A stretch of DNA of 64,000 nt. Origin: Pristiophorus japonicus. Lineage: Eukaryota. The position numbers were made by a program, and so were the translations under genes. The stretch is from assembly GCF_044704955.1 (NCBI RefSeq), contig NC_091999.1, positions 3,472,001-3,536,000 of the forward strand, given 5' to 3'. Shown here in pieces: positions 59,800 through 64,000 of this stretch. Numbering within the stretch: position 1 is the stretch's first letter; each line of letters opens with the position of its first letter. The notes under the pieces were generated by a model. That model was not told the origin of the DNA. It was given only the letters and a program-made list of their open reading frames with translations, and searched no databases.

Positions 59800-61856
59800 A
59801 AAATAAAACAGGGAAGGTGGCTCAACCGTGGCTAACAAGGGAAATTAAGGATAGTGTTAAATCTAAGGAAGAGGCATATAAATTGGCCAGAAAAAGCAGC
59901 AAACCTGAGGACTGGGAGAAATTTAGAATTCAGCAGAGGAAGACAAAGGATTTAATTAAGAGGGGGGAAATAGAGTATGAGAGGAAGCTTGCCAGGAACA
60001 TAAAAACTGACTGCAAAAGCTTCTATAGATATGTGAAGAGAAAAAGATTAGTGAAGACAAACGCAGGTCCCTTGCAGTCAGATTCAGGTGAATTTATAAT
60101 GGGGAATAAAGAAATGACAGACCAAATGAACAAATACTTTGGTTCTGTCTTCACGAAGGAAGACACAAATAACCTTCCGGATGTACTAGGGGACCGAGGG
60201 TCTAGTGAGAAGGAGGAACTGAAGGATATCCTTATTAGGCGGGAAATTGTGTTAGGGAAATTGATGGGATTGAAGGCCGATAAATCCCCGCGGCCTGATA
60301 GTCTACATCCCAGAGTACTTAAGGAAGTGGCCCTAGAAATAGTGGACGCATTGGTGGTCATTTTCCAACAGTCTATTGACTCTGGATCAGTTCCTATGGA
60401 CTGGAGGGTAGCTAATGTAACACCACTTTTTAAAAAAGGAGGGAGAGAGAAAATGGGTAATTATAGACCGGTTAGCCTGACCTCAGTAGTGGGGAAAATG
60501 TTGGAATCAATTATTAAGGATGAAATAGCAGCGCATTTGGAAAGCAGTGACAGGATCAGTCCAAGTCAGCATGGATTTATGAAAGGGAAATCATGCTTCA
60601 CAAACCTTATGGAATTTTTTGAGGATGTAACAAGGGAGAACCAGTGGATGTGGTGTATTTGGACTTTCAAAAGGCTTTTGACAAGGTCCCACACAAGAGA
60701 TTGGTGTGCAAAATGAAAGCAAATGTTATTGTGGGTAATGTACTGACGTGGATAGAGAACTGGTTGGCAGACAGGAAGCAGAGAGTTGAGATAAACGGGG
60801 CCTTTTCAGAATGGCAGGCAGTGACAAGTGGGGTGCCGCAGGGCTCAGTGCTGGGACCCCAGCTATATATAATGTACATTAATGATTTGGATGAAGGAAT
60901 TGAGTGTAATATCTCCAAGTTTGCAGATGACACTAAGCTGGGTGGCGGTGTGAGCTGTGAGGGGGACGCTAAGAGGCTGCAGGGTGATTTGGACAGGTTA
61001 GGTGAGTGGGCAAATGTATGGCAGATGCAGTATAATGAGGATAAATGTGAGGTTATCCACTTTGGGGGCAAAAACACGAAGGCAGAATATTATCTGAATG
61101 GCGGCAGATTAGGAAAAGGGGAGGTGCAGCGAGACCTGGGTGTCATGGTTCATCAGTCATTGAAAGTTGGCATGCAGTTACAGCAGGTGGTGAAGAAGGC
61201 AACTGGTATGTTGGCCTTCATAGCGAGGGGATTTAAGTATAGGAGCAGGGAGGTCTTACTGCAGTTGTACAGGGCCTTAGTGAGACATCACCTGGAATAT
61301 TGTGTTCAGTTTTGGTCTCCTAATCTGAGGAAGGACGTTCTTCCTATTGAGGGAGTGCAGCGAAGGTTCACCAGACTGATTCCCAGGATGGCAGGACTGA
61401 CATATGAGGAGAGACTGGATCGACTGGGCCTGTATTCACTGGAGTTTAGAAGGATGAGAGGGGATCTCAGAGAAACATATAAAATTCTGACGGGACGGGA
61501 CAGTTTAGATGCGGGAAGAATGTTCCCGATGTTGGGGAAGTCCAGAATCAGGGGTCACAGTCTTAGGATAAGGGGTAGGCCATTTAGGACCGAGATGAGG
61601 AGAAATTTCTTCACTCAGAGAGTTGTGAACCTGTGGAATTCCCTACCGCAGAGAGTTGATGCCAGTTCATTGGATATATTCGAGAGGGAGTTAGATATGG
61701 CCCTTACGGCTAAAGGGATCAAGGGGTATGGAGAGAAAGCAGGAAAGGGGTACTGAAGGAATGATCAGCCATGATCTTATTGAATGGTGGTGCAGGCTCG
61801 AAGGGCCGAATGGCCTACTCCTGCACCTATTTTCGATGTTTCTATGCTTCTATGTT
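59800..61856 (+). mobile_element. 2-kb 5'-truncated CR1 LINE inserted in the 30-bp array
   Basis: ORFs 59817-60716 and 60644-61756, with a frameshifting deletion at about 60630. Confidence 0.95.
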
Positions 61857-61859
61857 TCA

Positions 61860-63650
61860 CACACCACACTGCAACACTGATCTACCTCACACACCTCACT
61901 GTAATACTGATATACCCACAACCCTCACTGCAACACTGATATACCCCACACCCCTCACTGTAACACTGATATACCCCACACCCCTTACTGTAACACTCTG
62001 ATATACCCCACACTCCTCACTGTATCAATGATATACTCCACACCCCTCACTCTAACACTGATATACCCCACACCCCTCACTGTAACACTGATATATCCCA
62101 TACCCCTCACTGTAACACTGATATACCCCACACCCCTCACTGTAACACTGATATATCCCACACCCCTCACCGCAACACTGATGTACCCCACACTCCTCAC
62201 TGTAACACTGATATACCACACACCCCTCACTATAACACTGATATACCCCACACCCCTCACTGTAACACTGATATACCGCACACCCCTCTCTGTAACACTG
62301 ATATACCCCACACCCCTCACTGTAACACTCTAATAAACCCCACAACCCTCACTGTAACACTGATATACCCCACACCCCTCACTGTAACACTGATATACCC
62401 CACACCCCTCACTGTAACACAGATATACCTTACACCCCTCACTGTAACATTGATATACCCCACATCCCTCACTGGAGCACTGATATATCCCACAACCCTC
62501 ACTGTAGCACTGATATACCCCACACCCCTCACTGTAACACTGATAGACCCCACACCCCTCACTATAACACTGATATACCCCACACCCCTCACTGTAACAC
62601 TGATATACCGCACACCCCTCACTGTAACACTGATAGACCCCACACCCCTCACTGTAACACTCTAATAAACCCCACAACCCTCACTGTAACACTGATATAC
62701 CCCACACCCCTCACTGTAACACTGATATACCCCACACCCCTCACTGTAACACTGATAGACCCCACACCCCTCACTGTAACACTGATATACCCCACACCCC
62801 TCACTGTAACATTGATATACCCCACATCCCTCACTGGAGCACTGATATATCCCACAACCCTCACTGTAGCACTGATATATCCCACACCCCTCACTGTAAC
62901 ACCGATATACCCCACACCCCTCACTGTAACACTGATATACCCCACACCCCTCACTGTAACACTGATATATCCCACACCCCTATCTGTACAACATGATATA
63001 CCCCACACCCCTCACTGTAACACTGATATACCACACACGCCTCACTGTAACACTGATATATCCCACACCCCTACCTGTGCAACATGATATACCCCACACC
63101 CCTCACTGTAACACTGATATACCACACACCCCTCCCTGTAACACTGATATACCCCACACCCCTCACTGTAACACTGATATATCCCACACCCCTATCTGTA
63201 CAACATGATATACCCCACACCCCTCACTGTAACACTGATATACCACACACGCCTCACTGTAACACTGATATATCCCACACCCCTACCTGTGCAACATGAT
63301 ATACCCCACACCCCTCACTGTAACACTGATATACCACACACGCCTCACTGTAACACTGATATACCCCACATCCCTCACTGTAGCACTGATATACTCCACA
63401 ACCCTCACTGTAGCACTGATATATCCCACACCCCTCACTGTAACACTGATATATCCCACACCCCTACCTGTACAACATGATATACCCAACAACCCTCACT
63501 GTAACACTGATATACCCCACACCCCTCACTGTAACACTGATATATCCCACACCCCTACCTGTACAACATGATATACCCCACACCCCTCACTGTAACACTG
63601 ATATACCCCACACCCCTCACTGTAACACCGATATACCCCACACCCCTCAC
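61860..63650. repeat. 30-bp minisatellite, right part
   Basis: Same unit, more diverged, with higher-order variants. Confidence 0.95.
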
Positions 63651-64000
63651 CTCTCATACAATCGTGGAATAACAGCACAGAGGGAGGCTATTCGGCCTGT
63701 CGAGCCTGCACCGGCTCTTTCGAAGAGTGATCCAGTCAGTCCCAGTGCCTCGCTCTGTCCCCATATCCCAGCAACATTTTGTCCAAGTATTCTAAACTCC
63801 ATTTAGAAGGCTGCGATTGAGTCTGCCCCCCCCCCCACGCCCCCCTCCCCCCCCTTTCAGGCAGCGCATCCCAGATGCTAACCACTCGCTGCCTCAAAAA
63901 TGCTCCGGTCGCCTCTGGTTCTTTTGCCAAACACCTCAGCGGCCGGCTTTGCGGTTGCTCTGCGCTCTTCACCCCAGAACGGCGTCCGTGGTGGGGGGGG

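Noticed and set aside
59817-61756. Active autonomous LINE
   Set aside because: 5'-truncated, lacks the endonuclease domain and has a frameshift; no intact element was seen in the window.

Overview
This is repeat-dense vertebrate DNA, inferred to be cartilaginous fish (shark) from its CR1/L2/RTE LINEs, SacSINE1-like DeuSINEs and a cluster-type Ig gene. Most of it is fragmented retroelements and minisatellites that expanded inside them. Four non-routine items stand out. (1) A 334-bp minus-strand retroposon (31120-31453) with an 11-bp target-site duplication, built from stacked U2 and U1 snRNA pieces: a SINEU-like element. (2) A complete, split, RAG-rearrangeable Ig light-chain cluster on the + strand: octamer promoter, leader 41474-41519, V 42003-42321 with 12-RSS, J 45401-45439 with a 24-bp-spacer RSS and an atypical SGNGT motif, and C 53939-54282. 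Its J-C intron carries an NF-kB site cluster and CTCF-like motifs. (3) A CpG-island promoter (RFX and CCAAT arrays, 19640-20940) with candidate minus-strand exons of an unidentified gene. (4) An apparently orphan VWA5A-like exon. Repeat family names, isotype similarity and snRNA alignments come from recalled consensus sequences, not database searches. Transposon boundaries are approximate.
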